From Pachysolen tannophilus NRRL Y-2460 (taxonomy: Eukaryota), in NCBI GenBank assembly GCA_001661245.1, contig KV454013.1:1148502-1212501 (forward strand): a stretch of 64,000 nucleotides of DNA, written 5' to 3'. The position numbers and the translations under genes are program-made. The notes under the pieces are model-generated. The model saw nothing but the letters and a program-made list of their open reading frames with translations, was not told the origin of the DNA and did not search any database. Of the stretch, positions 1 through 12,442 are shown one piece after another; the first letter of the stretch is position 1, and each line of letters opens with the position of its first letter.

Positions 1-1012
1 TTTTCAAAACTGGACCCCAAATTTCTTCTGGTTCATTTTCAAAATTTTCAATTTTGAATACATTTTTACCTAATTTCCATTCTGCTTGTTCTAATCTTAT
101 TAACTTAACCATGTAAGCACTTGAATCCATAGCTTTCCCAAAATCACTTATCAAAGATCTTATATATGTACCAGAAGAAACTTTAGCAATAAGGTGTAAT
201 AATGGAGCTTTAAAATTATCAGATTCATAAATAACATTTTCATCTTCAGAAATCAATTGAGGTTTAACTATATTGTTTTTACTTGGTTCAAGTCCATTTG
301 CTAAACAATACTCTTTGGAAAAAAATAATTCATCTTTTTCCAAAGATCGACTTTCAGATAATTTTTTATCAATAGCTACACCATCTTCATCAAGTTCAGA
401 TTTAATAAATTTCCAATCATGATCTTTAGTTAAATTATCATCACACACAGTTAATTCATAAACTTGAACTTCTCTAGGTTTTATCTTTGCAGGTAATGGT
501 AAACCTTCTCTAGCATATTCATATAATGGTTTCCCATTCATTTTTAACAGTGAAAAAATTGGTGGAGTCTGCGTTATCTCTCCTTTAAACTTGAGTTTCG
601 TTTCTTCAACAATCTTATCATTGATGTGATCAAATTTCGTCTTTGATAAAACCTGACCTTCTGAATCACCTGTAGTAGTTGATGCTCCTAATAGTGCTTC
701 CGTTTCATATACTTTAACTGATCCATTAAGATAATTTTGTAATCTCTTGGTACCATTCCCAATACCCACTACTAAAACACCAGAAGCTAAAGGATCTAAT
801 GTCCCACCATGGCCAATTTTCACTTTTATATTATTCAATTTCCTCTTAGAACCTTTATTCCCATTATTGCTATAATTCTTCAATCTGGTCGATTTCATTT
901 CAGCCAAATCATTTGCAAATACTTTAGAGTTGGTGAAAATTCTTTGAACAAGTGACAAAAATTGAGCAGATGAAATACCTGTCGGCTTTTCAATGGCAAA
1001 TACTCCATTCAT
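1..1012 (-). CDS. PUS4: tRNA pseudouridine-55 synthase (TruB family), 3' end runs off the window
   Basis: Not in the ORF track because it is truncated. Read manually from ATG at 1012: MNGVFAIEKPTGISSAQF...KIGHGGTLDPLASGVLVVG (TruB catalytic motif) and later VSSGTYIRSL. Confidence 0.93.
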   Translation of the reverse strand, partial: MNGVFAIEKPTGISSAQFLSLVQRIFTNSKVFANDLAEMKSTRLKNYSNNGNKGSKRKLNNIKVKIGHGGTLDPLASGVLVVGIGNGTKRLQNYLNGSVKVYETEALLGASTTTGDSEGQVLSKTKFDHINDKIVEETKLKFKGEITQTPPIFSLLKMNGKPLYEYAREGLPLPAKIKPREVQVYELTVCDDNLTKDHDWKFIKSELDEDGVAIDKKLSESRSLEKDELFFSKEYCLANGLEPSKNNIVKPQLISEDENVIYESDNFKAPLLHLIAKVSSGTYIRSLISDFGKAMDSSAYMVKLIRLEQAEWKLGKNVFKIENFENEPEEIWGPVLK

Positions 1013-1103
1013 CTTTCAATCAATGAGAACCTCTACTAATAAAGATCTTAAAAAAATTGTATAACAATTTTACTTACTTCTACTTGATTTTTCAAAAAAA
1101 AAA

Positions 1104-1159
1104 TGAAATTTTTTTGATGGCCTTTTATTTTTTTTTTTTTGTATTTTTCATCTCATCTC
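1104..1159. promoter_or_regulatory. RRPE-like and PAC-like ribosome-biogenesis motifs upstream of PUS4
   Basis: TGAAATTTTTTT at 1104 and CTCATCTC at 1152, about 90-150 bp upstream of the ATG. Confidence 0.5.
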
Positions 1160-1653
1160 TTTTAGCAGTAAAAGATAATTCAATTAATTCAATTACAGAA
1201 GTACAAAGGTTACATTTATTTGAATATCAACTAAGCTAGAATGATGGCATGACAAAGTAAAAGTAATGAGCTAGCCATTACAACTCAAAAAGAGAAATAA
1301 AAATTAAAAATTCTTTTCAAAAAGAAAACCCTTCTTGTAAGTACAGAAACATATACCATAATAAAAATGACATTTTTAAGATTATCTTGGGAAACATTGG
1401 ATAATATGGCAACTTACGATAAACCAACCATTCATGGAAACAATAAAAAAATCAAACAAACTTCAAATGGAACGATAATCGGAAAAGCAAGTAGGGCAAA
1501 AGTTTTAAAAAAACATTCAATATCAAAATTTAAAACCTACAGATTGTATAGTCCTTTTTTTTTTTACTTTTTTTTTTTATTTTTTTTTTTTTTTAATTCT
1601 TTTTTCTTTTCTTTTCTTTTCTTATCTTTTCCTCTGTGAGGAGCTTAAATCAT

Positions 1654-3105
1654 CTAGAAATCACCGAAATACTGCAGATAAGGGTCATCTCCTTGGGCAC
1701 CATAATCCAGCAGCTCTTCAGGATAATGGTCAAATAAGGAGGAGTCACCTACACCTGCTGTGATCGGTGGTTCATAAGGTGTTTCAATATCCTTCATCAA
1801 TAACTTTTCCCAAACAACTTCTGCAAACCATTGGTGGTTTCTAATATCAACTGGACCATTATGTAAATTACCTAATCTTCTGGATAAATCTGCAGTGATC
1901 AATTTGCTCAATAAATCACGAGCATCAGGGTTTATATGAGAAGGATAATGAACTTTTCCTGCTAAAATTTTTTCATAAGTTTTCATTGGTGTTTGATCAT
2001 AGAATGGAGTAAAACCAGCCAACATTTCAAAAATTAAAATACCCAAAGACCACCAATCAACGGATTTATTATAAGGTTTTGATGTGATTACCTCAGGTGC
2101 AATATAATCTGGAGTTCCACATAAAGTCCATGTTACATTAGAGACTTCTTTAGCAAATCCAAAATCAGTTAATTTTACGTGACCATTACGGTCCAATAAT
2201 ATATTTTCAGGTTTTAAATCTCTGTAAATAATATTATGAGAATGTAAATATTCCAAAGCAAGTGTAACTTCTGCAGCATAAAATTTTGCTACAGGATTTG
2301 GAAATCTTTGTGATTTTCTTAATAATGAGAATAATTCACCTCCTTCAATATAATCCATAACCATAAATAAATTTTTAGAATCTTGGAAAGTACCCCACAT
2401 TCTAATCAAGAAAGGATGTTCAACTAATTTTAACATTCTTCTTTCATCATTTGTATGTTCAACTTGTTTCATTCTTACAACTTGTGCTTTTTTCAAAACT
2501 TTAATTGCATAATATCTACCATTATGAACAGATCTTACTAAATGAACTCTTCCAAATGAACCTGTACCTAAAGTTCTCATGATATTAAAATCTTTTAAAG
2601 AATATTTTCCCTTTGATACAGTAGATCTTTGTGGTAATAAAGATTGTTGAACAATATCGGAAGTTGCCGAGCTGATAACAGATGGCACAGTATGATGATG
2701 GAGTTGAGGCTGATGAATATTCGTTAAATTTTGGTATGGTCTTTGTCCCTGATACGAAGTTTGATTCAGTTGCGATTGAAGAGAAAATTGCTGTTGTTGC
2801 TGTTGTTGTTGCGGGTTATGATTATGATTCTCGTTGGAGTGTGGTTGTTGATACTGTTGCTGATGTTGTTGTGTTGGATAATGAGGTTGCTGTTGCTGTT
2901 GCAGATGCTGTTGCTGCGTTTGAACTGGATATTGCTGCTGCTGTTGATTCTCCATTTTGCGTGATGATAAAGAACTGGAATTATCTGTCGATGCTGTCTG
3001 TTGCTCAGCTAAATCGGTCGAATTGTTGGTCCTATTTTCGTTGTTATTGAGGTTTTCTGAACTATGGCCCGTAATGTTTAGCCTCTTGAATAGCTTTGAA
3101 CGCAT
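1654..3105 (-). CDS. TPK2: cAMP-dependent protein kinase catalytic subunit (Tpk2-like) with Q/N-rich N-terminus
   Basis: [34 protein letters not shown] and a C-terminal YF-x-DF motif; poly-Q N-terminal region as in yeast Tpk2. Confidence 0.92.
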   Translation of the reverse strand: MRSKLFKRLNITGHSSENLNNNENRTNNSTDLAEQQTASTDNSSSLSSRKMENQQQQQYPVQTQQQHLQQQQQPHYPTQQHQQQYQQPHSNENHNHNPQQQQQQQQFSLQSQLNQTSYQGQRPYQNLTNIHQPQLHHHTVPSVISSATSDIVQQSLLPQRSTVSKGKYSLKDFNIMRTLGTGSFGRVHLVRSVHNGRYYAIKVLKKAQVVRMKQVEHTNDERRMLKLVEHPFLIRMWGTFQDSKNLFMVMDYIEGGELFSLLRKSQRFPNPVAKFYAAEVTLALEYLHSHNIIYRDLKPENILLDRNGHVKLTDFGFAKEVSNVTWTLCGTPDYIAPEVITSKPYNKSVDWWSLGILIFEMLAGFTPFYDQTPMKTYEKILAGKVHYPSHINPDARDLLSKLITADLSRRLGNLHNGPVDIRNHQWFAEVVWEKLLMKDIETPYEPPITAGVGDSSLFDHYPEELLDYGAQGDDPYLQYFGDF

Positions 3106-3745
3106 GAAATTAGCTTCTATGAAGCCAGTTGCGATTCAATTTGTTGAAAAAAATTAAAAAAAATAAAATAAAAATAAAATTCAAAAAAATTCAACTTGAA
3201 AAACCGTTTTCTTTGAATAAATTAAATATAATTCAACAAATTAAATATAATGGTATATAATTGAATTTTAATAAACCCGCAATAATCATATAATTATATA
3301 TAAAAACACATATATATATATTTATATATGTGTATATATTTCAGTGTCTATTTATTACTTATAGATAGATTAGGATATATGCAGGTAATTCTTCTATTTT
3401 ATAAATAAAAAAATTTCAACTAAAAAAAATTAATTATAACCTCAATTGAACCTCAATAATTCCAATGCCTTTTAAATTTTATTATCGAAATGATAATAAT
3501 TCAGGATTTGGAATTTGATTAATTGAATCGATATCAATATAGATTATATATATATAATTGGTATTAATCCCAGTCAAAATTTGAACAGAAAATCGTTGAT
3601 CAAAAAGAGTCTAAATAAACCAAAAACGGTAATTACAGTTTATTACTTTAAAAGGAAGTTTCCTTTTACGGATGTACGGTATTATATATTTATGTCCCTA
3701 ATTTAAAGCCAAAGTTCAACTTGAAGTTGAAGTTGAGTTAATTGA

Positions 3746-6643
3746 CTATTTTCTGTTCTTTTTAGAAGGTCTAGCGTTCTTTGCCTTCTTTCTTTGACTA
3801 GTCTCTCTTTGCTTTCTTATCTGTTCAGTGGATTTCAATTCACTCTTCATACCAGCTCTATTATAACCTTTAACTTTACGTCCTTCTTCCATAGCTTTTT
3901 CAACTTTTTTCTTTTGAACGTGATAATCATCTCTAGCCTTATCAGGTAATTTAGGAGCTTTATTACTCTTGTGTAAAAACTTTCCACCACGACCTCTGTT
4001 TGTAGCACTACTTTCAATCAGTTTACCTATTAATGGAACGGAAGATTCATTGGCACCAACACGTAAATTACCAACTTTCTTTGCATTTTTCCAATTTTCA
4101 AATCTACCAGATTTATAAGTTGCAGGAATTTTTTGTCCACTCTCACCAATAATATATTTTTGGTCAGTAGATCTTGAATTGATATACTTTCCCTTTTTTT
4201 TATCCCATTGCATAACTTGGTTTTGTTTTTGAATTTTAACCTTATCATCGTTATCCAAATCAAAAGTTGCATTACGAGCATCTTTCAAGAAAGATGAAGA
4301 TTCTAATGCCATTTGCTTATCTTGAATAACTGATGCAGGTGCATAATGTGATAGGAAAAAATTTGGATCACGATAAGATTTACGTTTCCCATTATTGTTC
4401 TTATTATTCAAGATTTCATCAGCATCTTGGAAAGTTTCCAATAATTGTTGTTCACCTACAGTGGTAAATCCAATTTCTGTATCATCACCTTTTAAAATTT
4501 CATCTTCCAAATTATGGGTCAACCCTGCTAATCTTTCCTTTTCTAATAATTCTTTTCTTTCTTTAGCTCTTCTTTGAATTGGAGCAATTTGTCTTCTCCT
4601 TTTATTCATTAAAGTAATCATACTTTCATCATTCTTTCCAAACTCAAAAACTGTTTCTTTATTTTTACGATTTTGCAATTTTGCCAAAAATAAATCTTTT
4701 TCAAGTTCCAAATTCTCACCAAATAATAAATGTTGGTCATCCCAACCAGTTGATATTAATTCTTTAGATCTCTTTATAGATTCCGGCGATGCAGAAGATC
4801 TGGTTCTAAAATAAAGTTTCTCACCTTTAGCAGCAACTCCTTTCAATACTTGTAATTCATAATCATTTTTAAGTAATGTATCATACAATTCTTGATAAGT
4901 CTCCAAATCTACTCTACGAGCTCCACCTAAAACCATTCTATCGGTATAAGAAACTCTAGGCATGATGAATCCATCCAGAGATCCATCATGTTCTTCCTTA
5001 TATCTATTTAATATCAAATCACATTTTTTCCTATGCATATCTGTTAATAAAATTTTTTTACCCAAGAAAAGTTCTAAATCAAGTAAATAAGGTAATTCAT
5101 TCTCACCAATTATTGAATATGCCCAACCTTTATTACCTGCTCTTGCAGTTCTACCAACTCTATGTATAAAAATCTTGGAAGAAGCAGGTAAAGAATAATT
5201 AATAACATTTGCTAAAATTGGGATATCAATACCTCTTGCAGCAACATCTGTAACAACCAAAATATTTGTTAAACTAGTTCTAAAATTTATTAATTGTTTC
5301 TTTCTAGCATATTGATCAAGGGAACCATAAATATATGAGGATGCATAACCTGCTAATTTTAACAACCTTGTGATATATTCCACATGGTGTCTTGTTGGAA
5401 CAAATAAAATTGTTGAATATTGGGATGGTAATTCATTTGCTGGTGGTAATCTTTTTCTCTTTCTTTTCAAATTTTTTTTATTTTTCTTTTTATTTTCTTC
5501 ATCAACATCACTTCCAACATCTTCATCTGAAGAATCCAGTTCATTATTAGCTTCATCTAATTTTTTCAATTCTTCATCGGTTGTTATTGGCATCTTAATA
5601 ACTTCTTGTAAAATATACATTAAATTTGCTTCTCTTTCATTATGTTTTGTAGAGAAAAACCCCATTTCTAAATTATCTGAAATTTTGGATTCTGCATCCA
5701 ATCTAACCAAGACAGGATTTGTTAATCCTGCTTTCGCAAAATCAACCAAAGATTGAGGAAGAGTTGCAGAGAAAAGTAATGATTGTCTAGAAGAAGGTAA
5801 TGCAACTAACAATTCGTTTAATTGTTCTGCAAAACCCAATTCGAATAACCTATCTGCTTCATCAAATACTATATATTCTACTGTCTTTAAATCCAAGCTC
5901 ATTTCCACTTTCAAATGTAAAAATCTACCAGGTGTTGCAACAATCACATCAGGATTGGACATCATAGATGTAAATTGATCTTCTAAAGAATCACCACCAA
6001 TTAATAAAATCGATCTTAAATTCGTCCCTTTAGAAAATTCTCTCAATTGTTTAAAAGTTTGAATCGCTAATTCTCTTGAAGGTGATAATATCACAGCTCT
6101 TGCTCCAATTTTAGCAGAATGAATCTTTAATTTTTCAACCAATGGTAATAAGAAAGCAGCAGTCTTACCTGAACCAGTTCTAGCCATACCAACTACATCC
6201 CTATTTGATAAAATTAAAGGAATAGTCTTTCTTTGAATCGGTGTGGGCTGCTTATACCCTTTCTTAGAAATATTAGTCAATATAAATTTAGAAAGACCAA
6301 AAGATGCAAATGACCCATTCTTAGCTTTCTTGGTAGTCTCTGAAACATTATTAAAATATGAAGCCATTTCCTTATCATCACCTTCTTCTTCATTATCCGA
6401 TAACTCAAGACTCGGAAATGACATCTGAGCAGCTGATTTCCCATTCTTTACTAATTTCTGCTTTTTCAGTTGATTCTGCTGCTTCTCTTCTTCATCATCT
6501 TCTTCTTCTCCAGAAGATGAAATAATCTCATCCTGTATTTCTTCATTTTCTGAAAAAGATGAGGATTCTCCATCGCTATCATCAGTATTTATAGCAATCT
6601 GAGACACAATGTTATACTCTTCTTCACCATCACTAGAAGACAT
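3746..6643 (-). CDS. DBP10: DEAD-box RNA helicase for 60S biogenesis
   Basis: ARTGSGKT, DEAD, SAT and HRVGRTARAG motifs, plus Dbp10/DDX54-type C-terminus (WDKKKGKY, IGESGQKIPATY, ELKSTEQIRK). Confidence 0.93.
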   Translation of the reverse strand: MSSSDGEEEYNIVSQIAINTDDSDGESSSFSENEEIQDEIISSSGEEEDDEEEKQQNQLKKQKLVKNGKSAAQMSFPSLELSDNEEEGDDKEMASYFNNVSETTKKAKNGSFASFGLSKFILTNISKKGYKQPTPIQRKTIPLILSNRDVVGMARTGSGKTAAFLLPLVEKLKIHSAKIGARAVILSPSRELAIQTFKQLREFSKGTNLRSILLIGGDSLEDQFTSMMSNPDVIVATPGRFLHLKVEMSLDLKTVEYIVFDEADRLFELGFAEQLNELLVALPSSRQSLLFSATLPQSLVDFAKAGLTNPVLVRLDAESKISDNLEMGFFSTKHNEREANLMYILQEVIKMPITTDEELKKLDEANNELDSSDEDVGSDVDEENKKKNKKNLKRKRKRLPPANELPSQYSTILFVPTRHHVEYITRLLKLAGYASSYIYGSLDQYARKKQLINFRTSLTNILVVTDVAARGIDIPILANVINYSLPASSKIFIHRVGRTARAGNKGWAYSIIGENELPYLLDLELFLGKKILLTDMHRKKCDLILNRYKEEHDGSLDGFIMPRVSYTDRMVLGGARRVDLETYQELYDTLLKNDYELQVLKGVAAKGEKLYFRTRSSASPESIKRSKELISTGWDDQHLLFGENLELEKDLFLAKLQNRKNKETVFEFGKNDESMITLMNKRRRQIAPIQRRAKERKELLEKERLAGLTHNLEDEILKGDDTEIGFTTVGEQQLLETFQDADEILNNKNNNGKRKSYRDPNFFLSHYAPASVIQDKQMALESSSFLKDARNATFDLDNDDKVKIQKQNQVMQWDKKKGKYINSRSTDQKYIIGESGQKIPATYKSGRFENWKNAKKVGNLRVGANESSVPLIGKLIESSATNRGRGGKFLHKSNKAPKLPDKARDDYHVQKKKVEKAMEEGRKVKGYNRAGMKSELKSTEQIRKQRETSQRKKAKNARPSKKNRK

Positions 6644-6740
6644 CTTATACCTTATACAACAATATCGATCTTAATAATACAACCGTTTCTCTAACTATTA
6701 AACTCACTATCATTCCAATCACCTCTTACTCTACAGTGCT

Positions 6741-6776
6741 AAAAATTTTCAGCTCATCTCCTAAAAAAAATTTTCA
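6741..6776. promoter_or_regulatory. RRPE-PAC-RRPE array upstream of DBP10
   Basis: AAAAATTTTCA (6741), GCTCATCTC (6752), AAAAATTTTCA (6766); about 100-130 bp upstream of a ribosome-biogenesis gene. Confidence 0.75.
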
Positions 6777-7073
6777 TTTAAAAAAAAATTATGTAATCAA
6801 TCTTTGATATCAAGTGCACTACTGTGTTTTTATGGTGGTTTTTAAAAGCGACGACATCAAAAGGAAGATAGTTCTGTACTCAAAAGAATATATATAAGAA
6901 GTATGGACATCTTTTTTTTCGTATAAGTCAGCAAGAGCTGGAGTCTTGGTGATGTATCTTATAAGTAATAAAAAAAAAAAAAAAAGAAAAAAAAACGCTA
7001 TAAAAAGGATTAAAAAAACAAACAAACAAACAAAAAAAAAAAACATTTTTGTAAAGTGTTGTAAAACTAAAAT

Positions 7074-8656
7074 TTAACGACCATAAGGATGGTATCCACC
7101 TCTGTGTCTATAGCCACCTCTGTTATGATGGCGTCCTCTGAACCCTCCTCTTGAGCTAGAAGCGTTATTCTTTGGTCCTTTTGGGGCATTAGGAGGGACG
7201 TTTGGACTTTGGCCAATAGCTCTTGGTTGTTTAGGAACACCTTCCAATTGTTGTTGTTGAGGGTTAGGAACTGAATCCTGGTCGTACCCATTATCATTCC
7301 CACTATTACTGTTGTTATCGTTGTTTGACGATGCATCGTCTCCTGTGTTACCGGTACCACTATTGCTGTTGGTGTTATCATTACTGGAACTATTGTTGTT
7401 GTTATTGTAATTTTGTTGATACTCTGAATTGCCAGCACTTGGTGACATTTGTTGCGACATCATAGCGTACTGCTGTTGCATCTGTTGCATCATTGGATTA
7501 GACTGAGCAGCATTCATGCCAAATTGTTGTTGCATTTGCATCCAGTATTGCTGCATTTGTTGCCAGTACTGTTGCATCATATCTGGAGTCATACCAGAGT
7601 AATTTCCATAAGCAGAAATTTGATCAACACCTCCAGATGCAGCTGCTGCTGCAGCTGCTGCTGCCTGGTTGAAATTTCCAGATTGATACTGTTGTTGTTG
7701 GAAATATTTACTGTTACTACCACTATTTTGTTGACCTCTTGGTTCTGCTCTTTTAATTTCCATATTTCTTCCTTTAAGCATCACATATTTATTTTCTGTG
7801 ACTTTATCAACAGCATCTGGAGAATCATAAGTGACAAACCCAAACCCTCTTGATCTTCCAGTATCTTTATCAATCATCAATTGAGCATCGATGATATTAC
7901 CAAATTGAGAGAAATAATCATTGAAATCTTTTTCATTAACTTCTGGTGCTATACCACCAACAAAAATTTTACCGGTTTTTTCTTGTTCTTCTTTTGGAAT
8001 GGCCCTTTTAGGATCAATCAATTTCCCATCCAATACATGACTCGATTTTACAACTTCATCAACACTTGAAGAATCTTTAAAAGTTAAAAATCCAAAACCT
8101 CTTGATTTACCTGTATTTGTATCTTTCATAATGGTTAAATCTATAATTTCACCATATTTCTCAAAATAATTTCTTAAACTCTCTTCAGTAGTTTCCCAGT
8201 TCAATCCTCCAATAAACATCTTACCAGCATCACGCGAAATTGAAGCCCTAGATTGTAAGACAGAATCTAGAGAAGAACCAGCAGCACCTATTGGTGGAGG
8301 TGGTGGTGGTGGTGGTTGAACCGCCGATAAAGCTTGCTGCACCAAGGGCTGATTCGGTTGTAATTGAGGCATTGCTAAAGCCAGCGCCAGTGACAGGCCA
8401 AGCAAATTATTGCTCTGCAGACCATCACTCTGTCTCTTGGAGTCTTGCTGATCATTATCCAGTTTTTCTTCCTTTTTATCCAGAGTTGAATTTTGTTCTT
8501 CTAACTTATCAACATCGTCATCGCCACTATAAAAAAATTTAAAAAGTTTGTTAGCAAAATATAATCGTATACAAAATAAAAGAAATAAAAAAACTTAGTT
8601 TATACTTACTAAATGTCATCAAAGAGGCCATCATCATCATCAGATCCATTAGACAT
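7074..8656 (-). CDS. HRP1: Hrp1/Nab4 two-RRM 3'-end processing factor; exons 8656-8610 and 8526-7074
   Basis: Two RRMs (KMFIGGL/RGFGF, KIFVGGI/RGFGFVTY) and a C-terminal RGG...YHPY PY-NLS. The spliced N-terminus MSNGSDDDDGLFDDIYGDD resembles yeast Hrp1. Confidence 0.92.
8527..8609 (-). other. Spliceosomal intron in HRP1
   Basis: GTAAGT donor at 8609, TGCTAAC branch at 8556-8550, TAG acceptor at 8527; splicing restores the frame. Confidence 0.85.
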
Positions 8657-9527
8657 CTTCTTTTCTGTTTTTGAAATTCCTTTCGTGTTCTATCTATATA
8701 AAAGCGAAATTTATTTAGTATCAATACGTCAATTTATAGTGGACTGTTAAAAATATATGATTTGTTCGTTCTTTTTATTATTTGAGATATATATCCAACT
8801 ATAAAAAATATATACCTTATATATTCTTATATCTTGAAAATAGCTGTGTAAATATATATGATTATCTATTGAACGTTTTTATGAATTAAAAAAAAGAAAA
8901 AGAGAAAAAAAAAAAAAAAATTTCTTCCTTTTACTTACACAAAGAAAAGAAAAAAAAATTAATTTTTTTTAAACTAATAAACAATAGATTAAACTAGCTA
9001 ACGCAATAATTCAAATCGATTTGAATTGATTCAAATTAATTCAAATTAATATTGATAAAATTGAACAATAATATATAATATATTAAAGAATTGATTTATA
9101 AGAAGATAAAAAGAAGAAAAAAAATTTAATTAAAAAATGTGTTGAAAATTCCGGTTTCCTTAAATGGACTTTTGATTTTCTGTTGACGACTTTTTGTGTT
9201 TGGTACTGGGAATTGGGGGTAATTCTTGATAAATTTCTTTTGAATCATTGATTGGGTTTGAAAGAGAAGGGATGGAATAGAGAGGATGAATTTCAAGAGA
9301 AGAAAGTTTGGTTTACTGTTGTGCTTTTTTCTTTTTTTTGTTTTGTTTTGTTTTGTTTTTGTTGTTCTAAATTGAATCTAAATTCGAAAAAAAATTTGTG
9401 TTCAGTTGTCTCTGTGCCCCGTCTTAAGATGGAACGAGAATTGTGGTCTTTATTGTACGGTTTTTGAAGAATAAATTCCTTTTTTATTCATATTGGTCTA
9501 TGTAATTTTTTCTCTTAGTTTTATGGC

Positions 9528-11302
9528 TCAGTTATTCTTAAGTAAAAAAGAATGTAAAACTCCAACGGAGGCCATTAATGACAATAGCCACCAGAAGAAA
9601 GTTGTATATCCCCAATTTTCAAATGTTGTCATCAAATATCCCCAAAGAAGTGGTGACAGTAGGTTTGCCAAGCCAGAGACGCTAACAGCATATCCATTAA
9701 CTATAGCTCTGTGCTCGGGAGCTGCCGACCTATGGATAATCAGTATAATTTGAGAGAAGGCGAGTACTGAAGCAAATTCCTTAATAATAGCGTTTATATA
9801 TAATAAAACTTCAACTGCTACCTTGGGCATTTTTGGGTTATAATCAGGCAAGATGAAAATATACTCTGGAATAAAAAAATAACATAAGCTAAAAGATACA
9901 AGAGCAATTCTGTAAATTATTAGCGAACTAAATCTTTTATTCATCAGTGGTAAAATGAAAAGTACAACTATGATTCCAAATAAACCTGTCATTGATAAAA
10001 TTTTACCAATTTCGTTGATATTCATACCAAATCCACCTTTAATCTTTAAAGGAAACTGTAAAGTTTCTGCTTGAATCCTGGAAGCAAGGAAAACTGGCAA
10101 GAATTCAGCATAAACCAAAACATGGGAAGTCATAAGAAAATGACTAATGATTGAATTTATAACATCAACAGTAAATGGTGATTTGAGTCTTGATGGGATA
10201 TCGTCAGTAAACTGTCTAGAAAAATTTCCTTCAAAGCTCTCTTCCAAATTTTGGCCATGATTTTCGTCACCACTTAAATCTAATGAGTCTGAAGAACCTA
10301 AAGAGTGCAAACCTATAGAGTTTGGTCTTATTTCTCCAGTCTGCTCATCAATCAAATTGTTTGTTTCCTCTCCTTCTTCTTCTTCTTCATCTCTAAACAT
10401 AGAATTATATGTTGTTTCTAATTGCCAGGATCTTTTTTCCACCTCAAAACCAAATTTTCTTCTAAGGGAATCACCTAGCTCAATACCTCTGTCACGCTCA
10501 GTTTTTCTCGTATCATGAGTTTCTTCTAGAAATAAAGTTACGACCACGGCTGCAAAAAAAAGTATCAATGCAACAACAATGTTTGGTAAAGCATATGGAT
10601 AACCTTCGGCCAATCCCCTTTTTGTAATTAACACACTATTCCAGTTAGTTACAGTTGGTTCTGCATTGTCATAATAATTTCTGCCCTTTCTATCATTAAA
10701 AGAATCATGGTTCCCTAATTTGGAGACTAGGTCTCGTGATAAAGTGTGTAACAACGTAGTATTAGTTTTTTTTTTTGGTGGACCAATTTGGAACCAATTA
10801 ATGGGCCAATGACACTTCCAATATTGAAAGACAAGGGAATTATAGAAAACGTTAAAGAATGATGTCTCTTATTTGGCGAGATTTCACCCAAGATCGTTCT
10901 TGCAACAGCAACATTACCGTTGAGAAGGCCGCCTAATACCTTCGACAGCAATGCCAAGTAAAAATTAGTTGAAAATCCCCATAAGAGCATTGACACTGCT
11001 GCTCCGAAAAGACCGGTCAAGAGAACTGGTTTGCGTCCTACTCGATCAGAGACTTTACTCCAAAAGATATTACAAAAAACTTGACTTAAGCTAAAAGCAA
11101 AGGCGATATATCCGCTGTACTTTGGAATTTCGCTATCATTGTTGGCAATATTGAAACTTTTTAACATGAAAAAGCTATAAGGGAAAACAGATGTATGGGC
11201 TATCATCTCTGCCAATATCATGATAAAGACAACCCCAACTTGATATATGGGGAACCCCAGATACTGTTTATTAAACTTTAACCTATCCCACAAAAATGAC
11301 AT
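9528..11302 (-). CDS. MFS transporter (YCR023C/ZIF1-like), split into two ORFs by a frameshift at an A11 run (10766-10776)
   Basis: N-half has MFS motif A (SDRVGRKPVLL) and GLLNGNVAVARTILGE. C-half has YPYALPNIVVA, FLEETH and GGFGM. One extra A joins the frames. Confidence 0.8.
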
Positions 11303-11743
11303 CTGGATCTTCAAAAATCTATTTACCTTTGTCAAAAACTATTCTGACTTGTGCACAAAAATATTTTATTATGTCTATTGCTGGAAAAGCTCTCTTATAG
11401 GTTTGAACTTCAGATTCAGTTCTGCAGGGCATCCGAATATTGAAATTAAAGCATATGCATCTTTTTGTCCCTACCAACAAAGAGTAATTTCTATGCATAT
11501 ACCCTGCATATACCTGCATATTTACTTAATTTGTCGGACTACAACTTAGGTGCATTATCTTGTGCGATCTTTTGCCAATTTTTCTGGACATTTATTCTTG
11601 AGAAAATAGGATGATGTGAGTTACAATGACTGGTTGTGGACTAAAAATTTAAATTTCGTTTATATTACTACTTCTAAGTCAAAAAAGAAAAAAAAAAAAA
11701 AAAGAAAAAGAAATAGTAAATTTCTGTCTTTTCACATTATTAT

Positions 11744-12442
11744 TTAGACCAATAAAGCAACTGCAGCAGCAGCAAGAGCACCGATACCAACCTTTGCAAC
11801 GGTAGCACCTCCTTCGTAACTAGAAACTGTTGCAACAGTAGATGCAGCAGCAGCACTTGTTGTGTAAGCCGAAGAGGCAGCGCCGGAAGTACTAGCTTCA
11901 AGTGCTGAGAGAGCAGAATAGAAACTTGACGAAGCAGAACTGTCACCGACGGTGTACAGCAAAACAGTTGATGGCCACTCTGAAGCTTCGGGATTAGAAA
12001 CACCAATAGTGGAAGTAACCAGCTTGGTGAAGAGGTTACCGTTTTTGTAAAGAACGACAGAGTAACTGGTCAAATCCTCGCTACTTGATGCTGAGGCTGT
12101 AGCAGAAGTCTCAGCAGTGGAAGTAGTTTCAGCAGAAGAAGTGATTGACGATGTTGAGTCTGAAGTTGACGTTGAAGCAGAACTTGAAGAAGTTGCAGTG
12201 GAATCACCCCAAAAGCTGGCAGAAGCAGCAGAATCACCAACGGTATAAGCTTCAGCGTCAGTTTCAGTAGCGTACAGAGCAGCCCATGCTGCGGTAACAC
12301 CAACTGTAGCAGTGAGAACCTTGGTAAAAATAGCACCATCTCTTGAAATAACGAGAGAATAAGTAGTCAATTCGTCATCAGCAGCAGCTAATGAGACAAA
12401 TGTAGCGAGAGTAGCAGCCAAAGTAGCTTTGGAGAACTTCAT
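11744..12442 (-). CDS. Ser/Thr/Ala-rich GPI-anchored cell-wall protein with a two-copy internal repeat
   Basis: Signal peptide MKFSKATLAA...; repeats LTTYSLVISRDGAIFTK...YTVGDS and LTSYSVVLYKNGNLFTK...YTVGDS; GPI-type tail SSYEGGA...ALAAAAVALLV. Confidence 0.8.
   Translation of the reverse strand: MKFSKATLAATLATFVSLAAADDELTTYSLVISRDGAIFTKVLTATVGVTAAWAALYATETDAEAYTVGDSAASASFWGDSTATSSSSASTSTSDSTSSITSSAETTSTAETSATASASSSEDLTSYSVVLYKNGNLFTKLVTSTIGVSNPEASEWPSTVLLYTVGDSSASSSFYSALSALEASTSGAASSAYTTSAAAASTVATVSSYEGGATVAKVGIGALAAAAVALLV

Noticed and set aside
1057..1639. Short Phe-rich ORFs between PUS4 and TPK2
   Set aside because: Produced by poly-T tracts in intergenic/UTR DNA; no protein-like features.
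2682..3157. ORFs antisense to the TPK2 N-terminus
   Set aside because: Shadow frames of CAA/CAG poly-Q repeats.
7067..8542. Overlapping alternative-frame and antisense ORFs in HRP1
   Set aside because: Shadows of low-complexity Q/N/A codon runs; the ORF-track TTG start at 8405 is explained by the intron.
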